From NCBI GenBank assembly GCA_030681835.1, contig JAUXRN010000075.1:1561-65560 (forward strand): 64,000 nucleotides of DNA, in the 5' to 3' direction. The notes under the pieces are model-generated. The model worked only from the letters and a program-made list of their open reading frames with translations. It did not search any database and was not told where the DNA came from. Positions within the stretch are counted from its first letter, which is position 1, and each line of letters opens with the position of its first letter. Shown one piece after another: positions 9,770 to 19,397 of the stretch. This stretch comes from Actinomycetota bacterium (lineage in GTDB: Bacteria; Actinomycetota; Actinomycetes; S36-B12). The position numbers and the translations under genes are program-made.

Positions 9770-9785
9770 ATATCTGTACGGATAT
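9770..9785. promoter_or_regulatory. AT-rich imperfect palindrome ATATCTGTACGGATAT, candidate operator of the HTH-MntA/HepT operon
   Basis: The arms ATATC/GATAT flank a GTAC centre. It ends ~10 nt upstream of the mntA-like start (9796) and is strikingly AT-rich in a >70% GC context. Confidence 0.35.
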
Positions 9786-9795
9786 ATTTGGGTCC

Positions 9796-10296
9796 ATGGA
9801 CGCCGCTCTCCTGATCCGTGAAGCACGCGGCCGCGCCTCGATGACGCAGGTGCAACTCGCGCATGCCGCGGGGACCTCCCAATCGACCCTTGCCGCTTAT
9901 GAGTCGGGCGCCAAGTCCCCATCGGTGCGGACCCTGGACAAGATCGTCAGGGCGGCCGGGTCATCAATCCGCGTGGAACTCCTCGACGCGCCCGCCGCGA
10001 GGGGCGCACTGCTCACGTTCGTCCGAGCCCATCAAGCCGAGATCCGTGATGCCGCGCGGCGGCGCGGCATCAGGAACGTGCGGGTATTCGGCTCCGCCGC
10101 TCGGGGCCAGGAGACCAGGGGCTCGGACGTGGACTTCCTCGTTGACTTCGACGCCGAGCGCCGCGGCCTGGCCCCTCTAGCAGGGTTCATCGAGGAAGCG
10201 CGATCGATCCTCGGCCGCGACGTCGACGCCACCACGCCAGGCCTACTTCGAGATGCTGTCCGCACCAATGCTCTTGCTGAGGCGGTGCCCCTGTGA
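9796..10296 (+). CDS. XRE-HTH fused to MNT-type nucleotidyltransferase (MntA-like antitoxin)
   Basis: N-terminal HTH (MTQVQLAHAAGTSQSTLAAYESG). NTase motif VFGSAARGQETRGSDVDFLVDF (GS-x-x-RG...D-x-D). Confidence 0.8.
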   Translation: MDAALLIREARGRASMTQVQLAHAAGTSQSTLAAYESGAKSPSVRTLDKIVRAAGSSIRVELLDAPAARGALLTFVRAHQAEIRDAARRRGIRNVRVFGSAARGQETRGSDVDFLVDFDAERRGLAPLAGFIEEARSILGRDVDATTPGLLRDAVRTNALAEAVPL

Positions 10297-10589
10297 GCCG
10301 CGGTCCGGAGGAGCGCCTGAACGACATCGTCGGCGTCCGGGTTGCGTTCGACGCAATCCTCCACAATCTCTTCGTCATCGGAGAGGCATCGAAAGCCCTC
10401 CCGAAGGAGCTGGTCACGCTTGAGCCGGACATCCCGTGGGCAGACATAGCCGGAATGCGGGACGTCCTCGGCCACCAGTATCACCGAGTCGTGCCCAGCA
10501 TCATCCATGCGACCGTGCGCGAGAGCCTGGGGCCGCTTGAGGGGGCCGTCGGTCGCCTGCTGTCTCAGCTACGAAATGGCGCTCGGTAG
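10293..10589 (+). CDS. HepT-like (DUF86) RNase toxin, unusually short
   Basis: GTG start overlaps the mntA stop (GTGA). It has the IGEA motif and the R-x4-H-x-Y catalytic motif (RDVLGHQY). At 98 aa, the N-terminal helices appear shortened. Confidence 0.75.
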   Translation: MSRGPEERLNDIVGVRVAFDAILHNLFVIGEASKALPKELVTLEPDIPWADIAGMRDVLGHQYHRVVPSIIHATVRESLGPLEGAVGRLLSQLRNGAR

Positions 10590-11492
10590 CCCCTCGACCC
10601 GTGAGCGGGCGGCACGCTGGGACGGGGACGACTGCCCCAGCGCCAGTCCCAGTCCCCCCAGCACGGCCGCGACCGCGGGCCGGGTCAGGGCCTGGGGGTA
10701 CGCCGGCAGCCCGAGCATCTGCCGGTGCGCGTCGGGCAGGGTCGATGCCGCCCCGGCGAAGAGCGCCCGGTAGGCCGGCACGCCCATGGCCGGGACAGGG
10801 ACGTTGCGGACGAAGTCGACCGTGCGGGCGGAGGCCTCGTCGCCGCGAAGGACCGTCGCGTAGCCGTCGATCTGCTCCTGCAGCTCGGCGACACTGCGCG
10901 GCGCGTCCTGCACGCCGACCAGTTCCCCCGCCTTGGCCCACTCGCGCACGTAGGCGTCGGGGCCGCCCGGGATCGGGCCGCCCCAGACCCGGTGCGTGGC
11001 CAGGAAGGAATCGGTGAAGGCCACGTGCACCCAGCGCAGCAGGTCGGGATCGGTCGCCGCGTACGGGGCCTTGGCAACCGCTCCCCCGTCGACGATGGCG
11101 TCGTACGTGCCGACGACCTTGCGGTGCATGCCGCGCACGCGCGCGCACTCGCGGTCGGCCATCGCGCGGTCGCCGAACGTGACGACCGTGAGCCACTGCG
11201 TTGTGCCGGCAAGCCGGCCGAGCGCGTCCTGCTCGTAGCGGGAGTGCTGCTGCACGCCGGCCAGGGCGGCGGGGTGCAGTGCCTGCATGAGCAGGGCGCG
11301 GATCCCGCCGACGATGGTCGGCAGCGCGCCGTGCACCGCCCATGCGGCCGACCCCGGCCCGAAGTAGCCCGCGTCGGTGCCGTGCTCGAGCTGGCGCACC
11401 CAGTCAGGAGCGCCGGTCGGGTCACCGGACACCATGCGCCGGAAGCCGGACGCCACGCGCTCGCGGGCGCCGTCGACGAGGCCGGTGATCAT
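10569..11492 (-). CDS. MpaB-family oxygenase (DUF2236)
   Basis: Pattern GPGSAAWAVHG...IRALLMQALHPAALAGV...R..RVRGMHRKV is typical of the MpaB/DUF2236 family. Confidence 0.75.
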   Translation of the reverse strand: MITGLVDGARERVASGFRRMVSGDPTGAPDWVRQLEHGTDAGYFGPGSAAWAVHGALPTIVGGIRALLMQALHPAALAGVQQHSRYEQDALGRLAGTTQWLTVVTFGDRAMADRECARVRGMHRKVVGTYDAIVDGGAVAKAPYAATDPDLLRWVHVAFTDSFLATHRVWGGPIPGGPDAYVREWAKAGELVGVQDAPRSVAELQEQIDGYATVLRGDEASARTVDFVRNVPVPAMGVPAYRALFAGAASTLPDAHRQMLGLPAYPQALTRPAVAAVLGGLGLALGQSSPSQRAARSRVEGLPSAIS

Positions 11493-11631
11493 GCGTCAAC
11501 TGTGCATGCTCGGGCCCCAATTCGCATCCCGGGCCCGTGCGGACATGCGGACGGCCCGCGCTCGGGAGGAGTCACGAGTGCGGGCCGTCAGCGGCCTGGG
11601 CGGCGGGGGCTGCCCAGGTGTCAGTGTCGTT

Positions 11632-12849
<1,218 letters not shown>

Positions 12850-13008
12850 GGGGTTCCTCCTCCTCGGTGACCCCGGTCGGGGCCCACGTCGATTGTCAGG
12901 GGGTTCGACACTCGCGCGAGCCGCCGCGTTCCCGTCTGACAGGCATCGACGGGAGTTCTGACACTCCCCTTACAAATCCCCGAAACCCAGCACCGCGACA
13001 ATGGCCGC

Positions 13009-13980
13009 ATGCGCATGACGGACGACCCTCGGGAGGCCGCCGACGCCCTACTCGCGGGCCGCCTCGTGGCGCTGCCCACGGAGACCGTCTACGGCCTCGG
13101 TGCCCGCGCCGACTCCCCGCATGCCCTGGCCCGCGTGTACGCGGCGAAGGGGCGCCCGGCCGACCACCCCCTCATCGTCCATGTGCGCGATGCCTCCGCG
13201 CTCGCGGCATGGGCCACCGACGTGCCCGCGTACGCCGCCGCGCTGGCCGGTGCCTTCTGGCCGGGGCCGCTCACCCTGGTCGTGCGCCGGAGCGCTCGCG
13301 CGCTCGACGCCGTCACCGGCGGGCAGGACACCGTCGCGATCCGGGTACCGGCCCATCCCGCGGCCCGCGCGGTGCTCGATGCCCTCGTCGAGTCCACGGG
13401 CGACGCGGCTTTCGGGGTGGCCGCGCCGAGCGCCAACCGGTTCGGCCGGGTGAGCCCGACGACCAGCGCGCACGTCGTGTCCGAGCTGGCCGACGTGCTC
13501 GGCGACGGCGACCTCGTGCTCGAGGGCGGCGCCAGCGAGGTCGGCGTGGAGTCGACGATCGTCGACTGCACGGGCGCGTTGCCTGCCGTCCTGCGACCGG
13601 GCCGGGTCAGCGTGGCGGACATCGAGCGGGCCACCGGCCTGGCGATGGGCGAGCCATCGGGCGCGCGCGCCCCCGGGACGCTCGCCTCCCACTACGCGCC
13701 GCAGGCATCGGTCCGCATCGTCGACGCCGCGGCGCTCGCGCTGGCACCGGCCGCGGACGCCATGGTCGGCGTGCTCGCGCTGGCCGACGTGCCCACCCCA
13801 AGCGGGCACGTGCGGCTCAGCGCCCCCGGGACGACGGACGACTACGCCCGCGTCCTGTACGCCTCGCTCCGCGAGGCGGACGCGCTGGGCCTGGCGGAAG
13901 TCCTGGCCGTCCCCCCGCCCGCGGATGGGATCGGTGCGGCCGTCGCGGACCGGCTGGCCCGTGCCGCGGCCGGAGGCTAG
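13009..13980 (+). CDS. tsaC: L-threonylcarbamoyladenylate synthase (Sua5/TsaC family, with Sua5 C-terminal domain)
   Basis: Motifs LPTETVYGLGA and KGRPADHPLIVHV. The 323-aa length is consistent with YrdC plus the Sua5 domain. Confidence 0.9.
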   Translation: MRMTDDPREAADALLAGRLVALPTETVYGLGARADSPHALARVYAAKGRPADHPLIVHVRDASALAAWATDVPAYAAALAGAFWPGPLTLVVRRSARALDAVTGGQDTVAIRVPAHPAARAVLDALVESTGDAAFGVAAPSANRFGRVSPTTSAHVVSELADVLGDGDLVLEGGASEVGVESTIVDCTGALPAVLRPGRVSVADIERATGLAMGEPSGARAPGTLASHYAPQASVRIVDAAALALAPAADAMVGVLALADVPTPSGHVRLSAPGTTDDYARVLYASLREADALGLAEVLAVPPPADGIGAAVADRLARAAAGG

Positions 13981-13984
13981 GGCC

Positions 13985-14359
13985 TCAGGCGTCCAGCCAG
14001 GCGATCGCCTCGTCGCGGGAGTAGAACGCCTGGGCGTGGAAGCCCCGGTTCTGCTCGGCCGTCTTCCAGACCTCGTACGCCAGGCGGACCTGCATGTCGC
14101 TCGGCCACACCATGGCGTGGCGCAGCTCGGCGGCGACGCCCGCGGCCTGGAGCTGCTCCATCATCGCCAGCATGTCGGTGCCCCTCGGCACGGCCGTGGC
14201 GTCGGTGAAGTCGGAGAGGATGCTCCAGACCCCGTCGCGCTCGGCGAGGTCGCGCATCTGCTTGGCGCACCGCCGCATGTCCGACGCGGTCACGTCGCCG
14301 GCGTGCGTGCACTCGATGATGCGATGCACGGGCATGAGGCTCGAGACAGTGCTGGTCAC
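13985..14359 (-). CDS. Hypothetical protein (possibly STAS/SpoIIAA-like)
   Basis: 124-aa ORF with good GC3 bias, tightly packed between flanking genes. No firm motif was recognised. Confidence 0.5.
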   Translation of the reverse strand: MTSTVSSLMPVHRIIECTHAGDVTASDMRRCAKQMRDLAERDGVWSILSDFTDATAVPRGTDMLAMMEQLQAAGVAAELRHAMVWPSDMQVRLAYEVWKTAEQNRGFHAQAFYSRDEAIAWLDA

Positions 14360-14380
14360 GTGTCGCTCCTGTCGGTCGTG

Positions 14381-15154
14381 CTACTTGGGCGGCATCCGCA
14401 GGGCTCCGTCGATGCGGATGACCTCGCCGTTGAGGTAGGGGTTCTCGACGATGTGCTCGACGAGGTGCGCGAACTCGGCGGGCGTGCCCAGGCGGCGCGG
14501 GAACACGGGCTGCTTGGCCAGGCCTTCCTTCAGCTCAGGCGGGGCGAAGTCGTAGATGGGGGTGTCGACGAGCCCGGGCGCGACGGTGACCACGCGGATG
14601 CCGACCGGGCCCAGGTCGCGCGCCATCGGCAGCGTCATGCCGACGATGCCGCCCTTGCTCGCGCTGTAGGCGACCTGCCCGACCTGGCCGTCGAAGGCGG
14701 CGATCGAGGCCGTCATGATGATGACGCCGCGCTCCCCGTCCTCGCGCGGCTCGTTCACGCTCATCGCCGCGGCGCACTGGCTGGCAGCGTCGAACATGCC
14801 GACGAGGTTCACGCCGATGAGCTTGGCGAACGGCATGAGGGTGGCTGCCGCCCCGTCGCGGGAGACGGTGCGCTCGGCCCACGGGATCCCGGCGCAGCCC
14901 ACCAGGACGTCGATGCGCCCGAACGTGGCCTTGGCCGCGTCGATCGCCGCGGTGATCTGGGCGGAGTCGGTGATGTCGCCAGACGTGGCGAGCACGGTGC
15001 CGCCCAGCTCGTCGGCCAGCGCAGAAGCCTTGTCGGCGGAGACGTCGAAGATGACGACGCCCTTGGCGCCGGAGGCGACGCACCGGCGGACCACGGCAGC
15101 ACCCAGGCCGGACGCGCCACCGGTGACGAACACGACGGAGTCAGTGATCTTCAT
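14381..15154 (-). CDS. SDR-family oxidoreductase (3-hydroxyacyl-CoA dehydrogenase type-2-like)
   Basis: TGGASGLG cofactor motif and catalytic Y-x-x-x-K (YSASKGG). Confidence 0.9.
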   Translation of the reverse strand: MKITDSVVFVTGGASGLGAAVVRRCVASGAKGVVIFDVSADKASALADELGGTVLATSGDITDSAQITAAIDAAKATFGRIDVLVGCAGIPWAERTVSRDGAAATLMPFAKLIGVNLVGMFDAASQCAAAMSVNEPREDGERGVIIMTASIAAFDGQVGQVAYSASKGGIVGMTLPMARDLGPVGIRVVTVAPGLVDTPIYDFAPPELKEGLAKQPVFPRRLGTPAEFAHLVEHIVENPYLNGEVIRIDGALRMPPK

Positions 15155-15181
15155 GGGGCCATCCTGCCGGGTGCCCCGGGG

Positions 15182-15547
15182 CTATGCGTAGCCGAGTTCG
15201 TCGAGGCGCTCGTCGGTGATGCCGAAGTGGTGGGCGACCTCGTGGACGACGGTCACCCGCACCTGCTCGACCACCTCCTCTTCCGTCCGGCACATGCGCA
15301 GGATCGGCATCCGGTAGATGGTGATGGTGTCCGGCAGCGCGCCGGCGTACGTGTTCCCGCGCTCGGTCAGCGGGACCCCGTAGTACAGGCCGAGCAGGTT
15401 GCGGCCACGCGGCGGCACGTCCTCCACGAGCACGACGACGTTCTGCATGAGCCGGCCGAGCCCCTCGGGGATCTGGTCGAGGGCCTCCCCGACCAGGTCC
15501 TCGAACTGCTCCCGCGCCACCTGGATCATCCGTCCATCGTCACCCAC
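15182..15547 (-). CDS. Zinicin-like metallopeptidase family protein (DUF1025)
   Basis: C-terminal HEVAHHFG zinc motif. The start is possibly at the internal ATG 15529. Confidence 0.8.
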   Translation of the reverse strand: MGDDGRMIQVAREQFEDLVGEALDQIPEGLGRLMQNVVVLVEDVPPRGRNLLGLYYGVPLTERGNTYAGALPDTITIYRMPILRMCRTEEEVVEQVRVTVVHEVAHHFGITDERLDELGYA

Positions 15548-15629
15548 ACGGGCCGGTTGCGGCGAGCCGGGGTGCCTCCCTTATGCTTGGCCGGTCGCCA
15601 ACGGCTCACCGGTCGACGGGGACGAACCG

Positions 15630-15702
15630 GTCCCCATCGTCTAGTGGCCTAGGACTCCGCCCTTTCACGGCGGCAGCACGGGTTCGAATCCCGTTGGGGA
15701 TA
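15630..15702 (+). tRNA. tRNA-Glu (anticodon TTC)
   Basis: Cloverleaf by eye: acceptor GTCCCCA/TGGGGAT, anticodon stem CCGCC/GGCGG with loop CTTTCAC, and T-arm GGGTTCGAATCCC. Confidence 0.9.
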
Positions 15703-15715
15703 CGCCTCACCACGA

Positions 15716-15789
15716 GGCCCCGTAGCGCAGTTGGTTAGCGCGCCGCCCTGTCACGGCGGAGGTCGCGGGTTCGAGTCCCGTCGGGGTCG
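15716..15789 (+). tRNA. tRNA-Asp (anticodon GTC)
   Basis: Acceptor GGCCCCG/CGGGGTC, anticodon stem CCGCC/GGCGG with loop CTGTCAC, and T-arm GGGTTCGAGTCCC. Confidence 0.9.
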
Positions 15790-15814
15790 CCCATCACGAA
15801 GCCGCAAGGCTTCG

Positions 15815-16480
15815 TCATGCCCGCCGGCCGGCCAGGCTCCCCCACCGCAGCGCGGCATCCCGGTCGTAGCCCCGCCCGGACGTCACGCCGAGGATCCACC
15901 TGACGGGACCGGGCACCTGGCTCCGCAGGGCGGCCGCTCCCGCCGGGTCCGCGGAGTCCGCCATCCACATGAGCGACGTGCTCGCGTCCTTCATGGACAT
16001 GCCCTTGCGGTAGTAGTTCTTCTCCAGGTACTTCCAGTCGGCGTCGTCGAGCGTCGCGACCACGACGGGCACGGAGTCACGCTCCTCGTGCTCGAGGTGC
16101 GGCAGCGTCACTCCCGCCATCTCCGCCACCGCGGCGCGCAGCGCCTCCCTGTTGGCGTCCGACCCGTCGGCGTCGTAGGCGGCCGCCGCCGCGACCGTGC
16201 GGTCGGACGCGACCACCATCGCGTCGTGCTCCGCGCCGTTCACGGCCGCCAGCTCGGCCGCGTCCGGCCGCTTCGCCACGACCCTCGGCCACATGCCCTC
16301 GTCCTCGCCCACGTGGTGGTGGTGCACCGTCCGCACCAGCCACGGGACGAACGCGCAGACGGCCGCCCGGCGCTCGGCCGGCAGCGGCCCGGCCAGCACC
16401 GCGTCGAGCCGGGCGAGGTCCCGCCGCAGGGCGTTGTGGATGACGGTGTTCATCGCCATGTGATCGGTGCCAGTGGCCAT
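15815..16480 (-). CDS. Hemerythrin (HHE cation-binding) domain protein
   Basis: It has the His/Glu/Asp-rich pairs typical of hemerythrin-like domains (HNALRRD, HHHHVGEDE, HLEHEERD). It lies between tRNA-Asp and tRNA-Phe. Confidence 0.75.
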   Translation of the reverse strand: MATGTDHMAMNTVIHNALRRDLARLDAVLAGPLPAERRAAVCAFVPWLVRTVHHHHVGEDEGMWPRVVAKRPDAAELAAVNGAEHDAMVVASDRTVAAAAAYDADGSDANREALRAAVAEMAGVTLPHLEHEERDSVPVVVATLDDADWKYLEKNYYRKGMSMKDASTSLMWMADSADPAGAAALRSQVPGPVRWILGVTSGRGYDRDAALRWGSLAGRRA

Positions 16481-16622
16481 CGCGTGCCTCCCAGGACGGT
16501 CGAATCGCCGCCGTCCGGTGAGCGCCCCCGCCCCGGATCCGCGGCGAAATCCCCTGCTATCGTCTGTCGCCGGAAGATACGCGCCTGCCGCCCTCAGCGG
16601 AAGGCCCTTCCGGGCTCCACAC

Positions 16623-16699
16623 GGCCAGGTAGCTCAGTTGGTACGAGCGTCCGACTGAAAATCGGAAGGTCGGCGGTTCGACCCCGCCCCTGGCCACCA
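16623..16699 (+). tRNA. tRNA-Phe (anticodon GAA), with encoded CCA
   Basis: Acceptor GGCCAGG/CCTGGCC, anticodon stem TCCGA/TCGGA with loop CTGAAAA, T-arm GGTTCGACCCC, and 3' ACCA. Confidence 0.92.
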
Positions 16700-16766
16700 C
16701 TCGAACCCCTGAAAGCCTTGCCAATGCTTATTCTTAGGTGAGGAACAAGGTCGGAGTTAGTGCGAC

Positions 16767-16831
16767 TTGACTGTGCTAAACCTGTGCGAATTGTCGTTTG
16801 GCAATCCAAGACTGTGCTAATGCTGTGCTGA
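16767..16831. repeat. Cluster of short direct repeats (GACTGTGCTAA x2 plus two partial CTGTGC copies) in the noncoding island edge
   Basis: GACTGTGCTAA occurs at 16769-16779 and 16810-16820. CTGTGCGAA occurs at ~16782 and CTGTGCTGA at ~16824. The local sequence is much more AT-rich than the genome. Confidence 0.6.
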
Positions 16832-16976
16832 GGACCTGTCGTCGAATGCACCTGCTCGGAGTCACCTCCGACCGACCAAGTCAGCCAGATACCCGCTGAG
16901 CCGCGGCTCGACCTTCTCCACGATCCAGGGATTAGGCCTGATCTGCACCGACCAACCGTGACCCCGGCCGCAACCG

Positions 16977-16997
16977 CCAGCATTCAGTGAATGCTGG
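16977..16997. repeat. Perfect palindrome CCAGCATTCA-G-TGAATGCTGG (10-bp arms)
   Basis: Read directly from the sequence. It lies ~70 nt downstream of the methyltransferase stop (minus strand). There is no U-tract, so it is not called as an intrinsic terminator. Confidence 0.6.
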
Positions 16998-17069
16998 CGA
17001 CCAGCCCTTGAGACGCCCGGGTTCGGGATGCGTGCCTCCGCTGTGTTCTGCACCTCGTCTCGTTGCCGC

Positions 17070-19088
17070 CTACGGCTGGAGCAGGCTGCGCCGTTCTTCA
17101 CTGAGACGAGCGATGCTTAGTGCGGCGTGATTCATGGCATCGACCGCGCTGCGGTACTGCTCCCCGATCTCGGCCAGAGCCTTCGCATGGTCCGTGCCCT
17201 TAACCGGCACAGGAATCAGAACCTCCGCCAGTTCAGTAGTGCGAATCCGGTTGTGCGATGAAGACGTCCCAGAAGTGAGGCTGCCAATCTGCCTTTGCAC
17301 AACTTCCGATTGGAGTAGGAAAGCCAAGCTGTAGAGCGTTAGGGGTGACCCAGCCTTCATCCTCATGATCTCGAACTCACTCGAACAGGTCATTGGCCTG
17401 CCTAGATCCGGAACGACGCAGATCCGGGGAATACGAGGGTTGATCTTCGACAGGAGTAGATCTCCGGCCGTCACCCGAGGACCTGGCGTCTTCGGCCTGT
17501 AGGCGAGAGCGGCATGCACATCCAGAAACCCCTCCCCCAGCACATGCTTGACCGAGATACAGGCTGGCTCGACTTCGCTGGCGCTGTGCTTCGAGGGTCG
17601 ACTGCCGACGAAATCCACCAGGAGATCAAGCTTGGTCATGTCGACACTGGCATCGGCACCTTGCGACCCAATGATTGCCACCCGCTCCGCGCTGAAGTGT
17701 CTCGGCGTCCATGCACCTCGCCAGATTTCACGGTTCGGCACCACGACAGCAGAGGGTCGCTCAAGCAGCACGGTGGCCGCCCTCACTCCCGCTTCCATGT
17801 CCTGCGCCTCGATGGCGTCCAGCAGCGCCGGCAACTCGTTCACACCAACAGGCTTCTTGACCAACACCCCCTTGCGGGAGGAGACATCGAAGCCGAGCTC
17901 CTCGACGACACCCATGACCGCTGGCTCGTCGCCTCGCGCCTTGCCCTTCTGCAGATACAGAACGACCGTCTTGGTCCGAGTACCAGCCTGCGCGAAAGTG
18001 GTCGCGGGTAGCTCGACCAGGGCGCGCAGCCTCACCTCGTCTTGCAGGTGGCGCCGCAACTTCGCAGCCATGCCCCGCGCCGACACGACGCCGTCTGGGA
18101 GGACGATCAGCATGCGCCCCCCTTCCCTCAGGAACTCGAGGTTTCGCTCCAGGAAGAGCAGCTCAGAATCGATCACACCACGATCCACCGTGGACGAGAG
18201 GAATGGTGCTGTGTTCCTTCCCTGCCTGACCTCCTCCGCCATGATTCGCGCCCCGAACGGCGGGTTGGTCAGAATCACATCCACCTTGCCGATCCAGTCG
18301 TCGAGAGGCGTGCCTTCCAGCGCCGAGTCGCCTTGCGAGACCTGATGGCCTCCAGCCTCGAACATCTGCATGTTGATCGTGCACAGGCGAACCATCCGAT
18401 CGACTTTGTCCTGGGCAACGAGTTGCACTTGCTCCCGCGCCAGCCAGCCCACCTGAGGTGCCAGGTCGTAGACAGTCGTCAGGAATGAACCCACTCCGCA
18501 AGTCGGATCCATGAAGACCCAGTCCCTGTCCGCGACCTGGGTCAGCTCGTCAGTGCGGCCAAGGTCTTCGAGAACCAATCGCACCATGAACTGAGTGACC
18601 TCTGGCGGTGTCAGGTACTGCGCATCCTCGATGTTCCCTCTGAAGTTGTCCCGAACGAAGTGACCGAATGCCTCGTTCAGCAGATCAAACGGATGACCCG
18701 CCTGACGCACGGCGAACGCATCGTCGACTGCCTGCCGGACGACGGCGACAAGTTGGCGGGCCAGTTGCTCGTCACCCGCACGCAGCACGAGGCTCGGCGA
18801 TGGACCGAAGATCGAACGACCTTCTCGATCGCGGTACTCCGGAAGTTCGGCGGTCTTCCGGAAGGCCACTCCTAGCCGTTCCAGAAGATCTGCGTCCTCA
18901 GCGTCCGGGAATTCGATGGGGTTCCCGGCCTTCTCGGCGACGTAGGTTGCGAACATCTTGGCGATCTCATCGAGCTTCGCATTGGAGTCGTCCAGACGCC
19001 CGCTTCGATGAAAGACCTCCCGGAGTTCACCCAGGCCGGAGTACACGCGGCCGTAAGCTTCAGCTAGCTGCCGATCCTCTGCCTGCAT
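17070..19088 (-). CDS. N6-adenine DNA methyltransferase (gamma class) fused to a single HsdS-like target-recognition domain
   Basis: ATG 19088 is preceded by GGAGGAG. It has motif I FMDPTCGVGSFL and motif IV ILTNPPFG. The C-terminal ~200 aa resembles a type I S-subunit TRD (LLSKINPRIPRI..., SEFEIMR..., SSSHNRIRTTELAEVLIPVP). Confidence 0.85.
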   Translation of the reverse strand: MQAEDRQLAEAYGRVYSGLGELREVFHRSGRLDDSNAKLDEIAKMFATYVAEKAGNPIEFPDAEDADLLERLGVAFRKTAELPEYRDREGRSIFGPSPSLVLRAGDEQLARQLVAVVRQAVDDAFAVRQAGHPFDLLNEAFGHFVRDNFRGNIEDAQYLTPPEVTQFMVRLVLEDLGRTDELTQVADRDWVFMDPTCGVGSFLTTVYDLAPQVGWLAREQVQLVAQDKVDRMVRLCTINMQMFEAGGHQVSQGDSALEGTPLDDWIGKVDVILTNPPFGARIMAEEVRQGRNTAPFLSSTVDRGVIDSELLFLERNLEFLREGGRMLIVLPDGVVSARGMAAKLRRHLQDEVRLRALVELPATTFAQAGTRTKTVVLYLQKGKARGDEPAVMGVVEELGFDVSSRKGVLVKKPVGVNELPALLDAIEAQDMEAGVRAATVLLERPSAVVVPNREIWRGAWTPRHFSAERVAIIGSQGADASVDMTKLDLLVDFVGSRPSKHSASEVEPACISVKHVLGEGFLDVHAALAYRPKTPGPRVTAGDLLLSKINPRIPRICVVPDLGRPMTCSSEFEIMRMKAGSPLTLYSLAFLLQSEVVQRQIGSLTSGTSSSHNRIRTTELAEVLIPVPVKGTDHAKALAEIGEQYRSAVDAMNHAALSIARLSEERRSLLQP

Positions 19089-19181
19089 GGCAACCGCTCC
19101 TCCGATGACAATCTCTATTGGCAATAATGATGGCCACTCTAGCGGAGTGGTCTGACAGCGCTGACGACCCAGAATCGACAC
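19089..19181. promoter_or_regulatory. Divergent promoter/operator region between the M gene and the C-R operon (candidate C-box elements)
   Basis: It contains the inverted repeat TATTG-G-CAATA (19116-19126). It also contains CTGAC-AGCG-CTGAC with the core palindrome CAGCGCTG (19152-19165). The operator role is inferred only. Confidence 0.3.
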
Positions 19182-19397
19182 ATGGGGGTAACCGAGGACG
19201 TAGCCGCAAGAATCCGCAACGCTCGACTGCGTCGAGGCCTGTCGCAGGCGTCGGTAGCCAAGCTGGCAGGACTCTCCCGAACGCACTACGGCCAATTGGA
19301 GCGCGGCCAGTCATCGCCGACCGTCGTGACTCTCGAGGCGGTCGCCAACGCACTCGGCGAATCACTGCCTGAGCTCCTTGGGGAGCGTGCATCATGA
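19182..19397 (+). CDS. Controller (C) protein, XRE-type HTH regulator of the R-M system
   Basis: 71-aa HTH (LSQASVAKLAGLSRTHYGQLERGQSSPT). It lies immediately upstream of the nuclease gene, overlapping it by 4 nt, and is divergent from the methyltransferase. Confidence 0.75.
   Translation: MGVTEDVAARIRNARLRRGLSQASVAKLAGLSRTHYGQLERGQSSPTVVTLEAVANALGESLPELLGERAS

Noticed and set aside
13925-15652. 575-aa plus-strand ORF spanning three minus-strand genes
   Set aside because: It is antisense run-on across the SDR, metallopeptidase and hypothetical genes. The composition is not protein-like.
16700-17069. Search for an integrase, or an integrase remnant, next to tRNA-Phe (including ORFs 16594-16983 and 16862-17101)
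   Set aside because: I translated all frames by eye. No tyrosine-recombinase motifs (R…HxxR…Y) or serine-recombinase motifs appear. The ORFs overlap the tRNA or are compositionally non-coding. Only repeats and a palindrome are reported.
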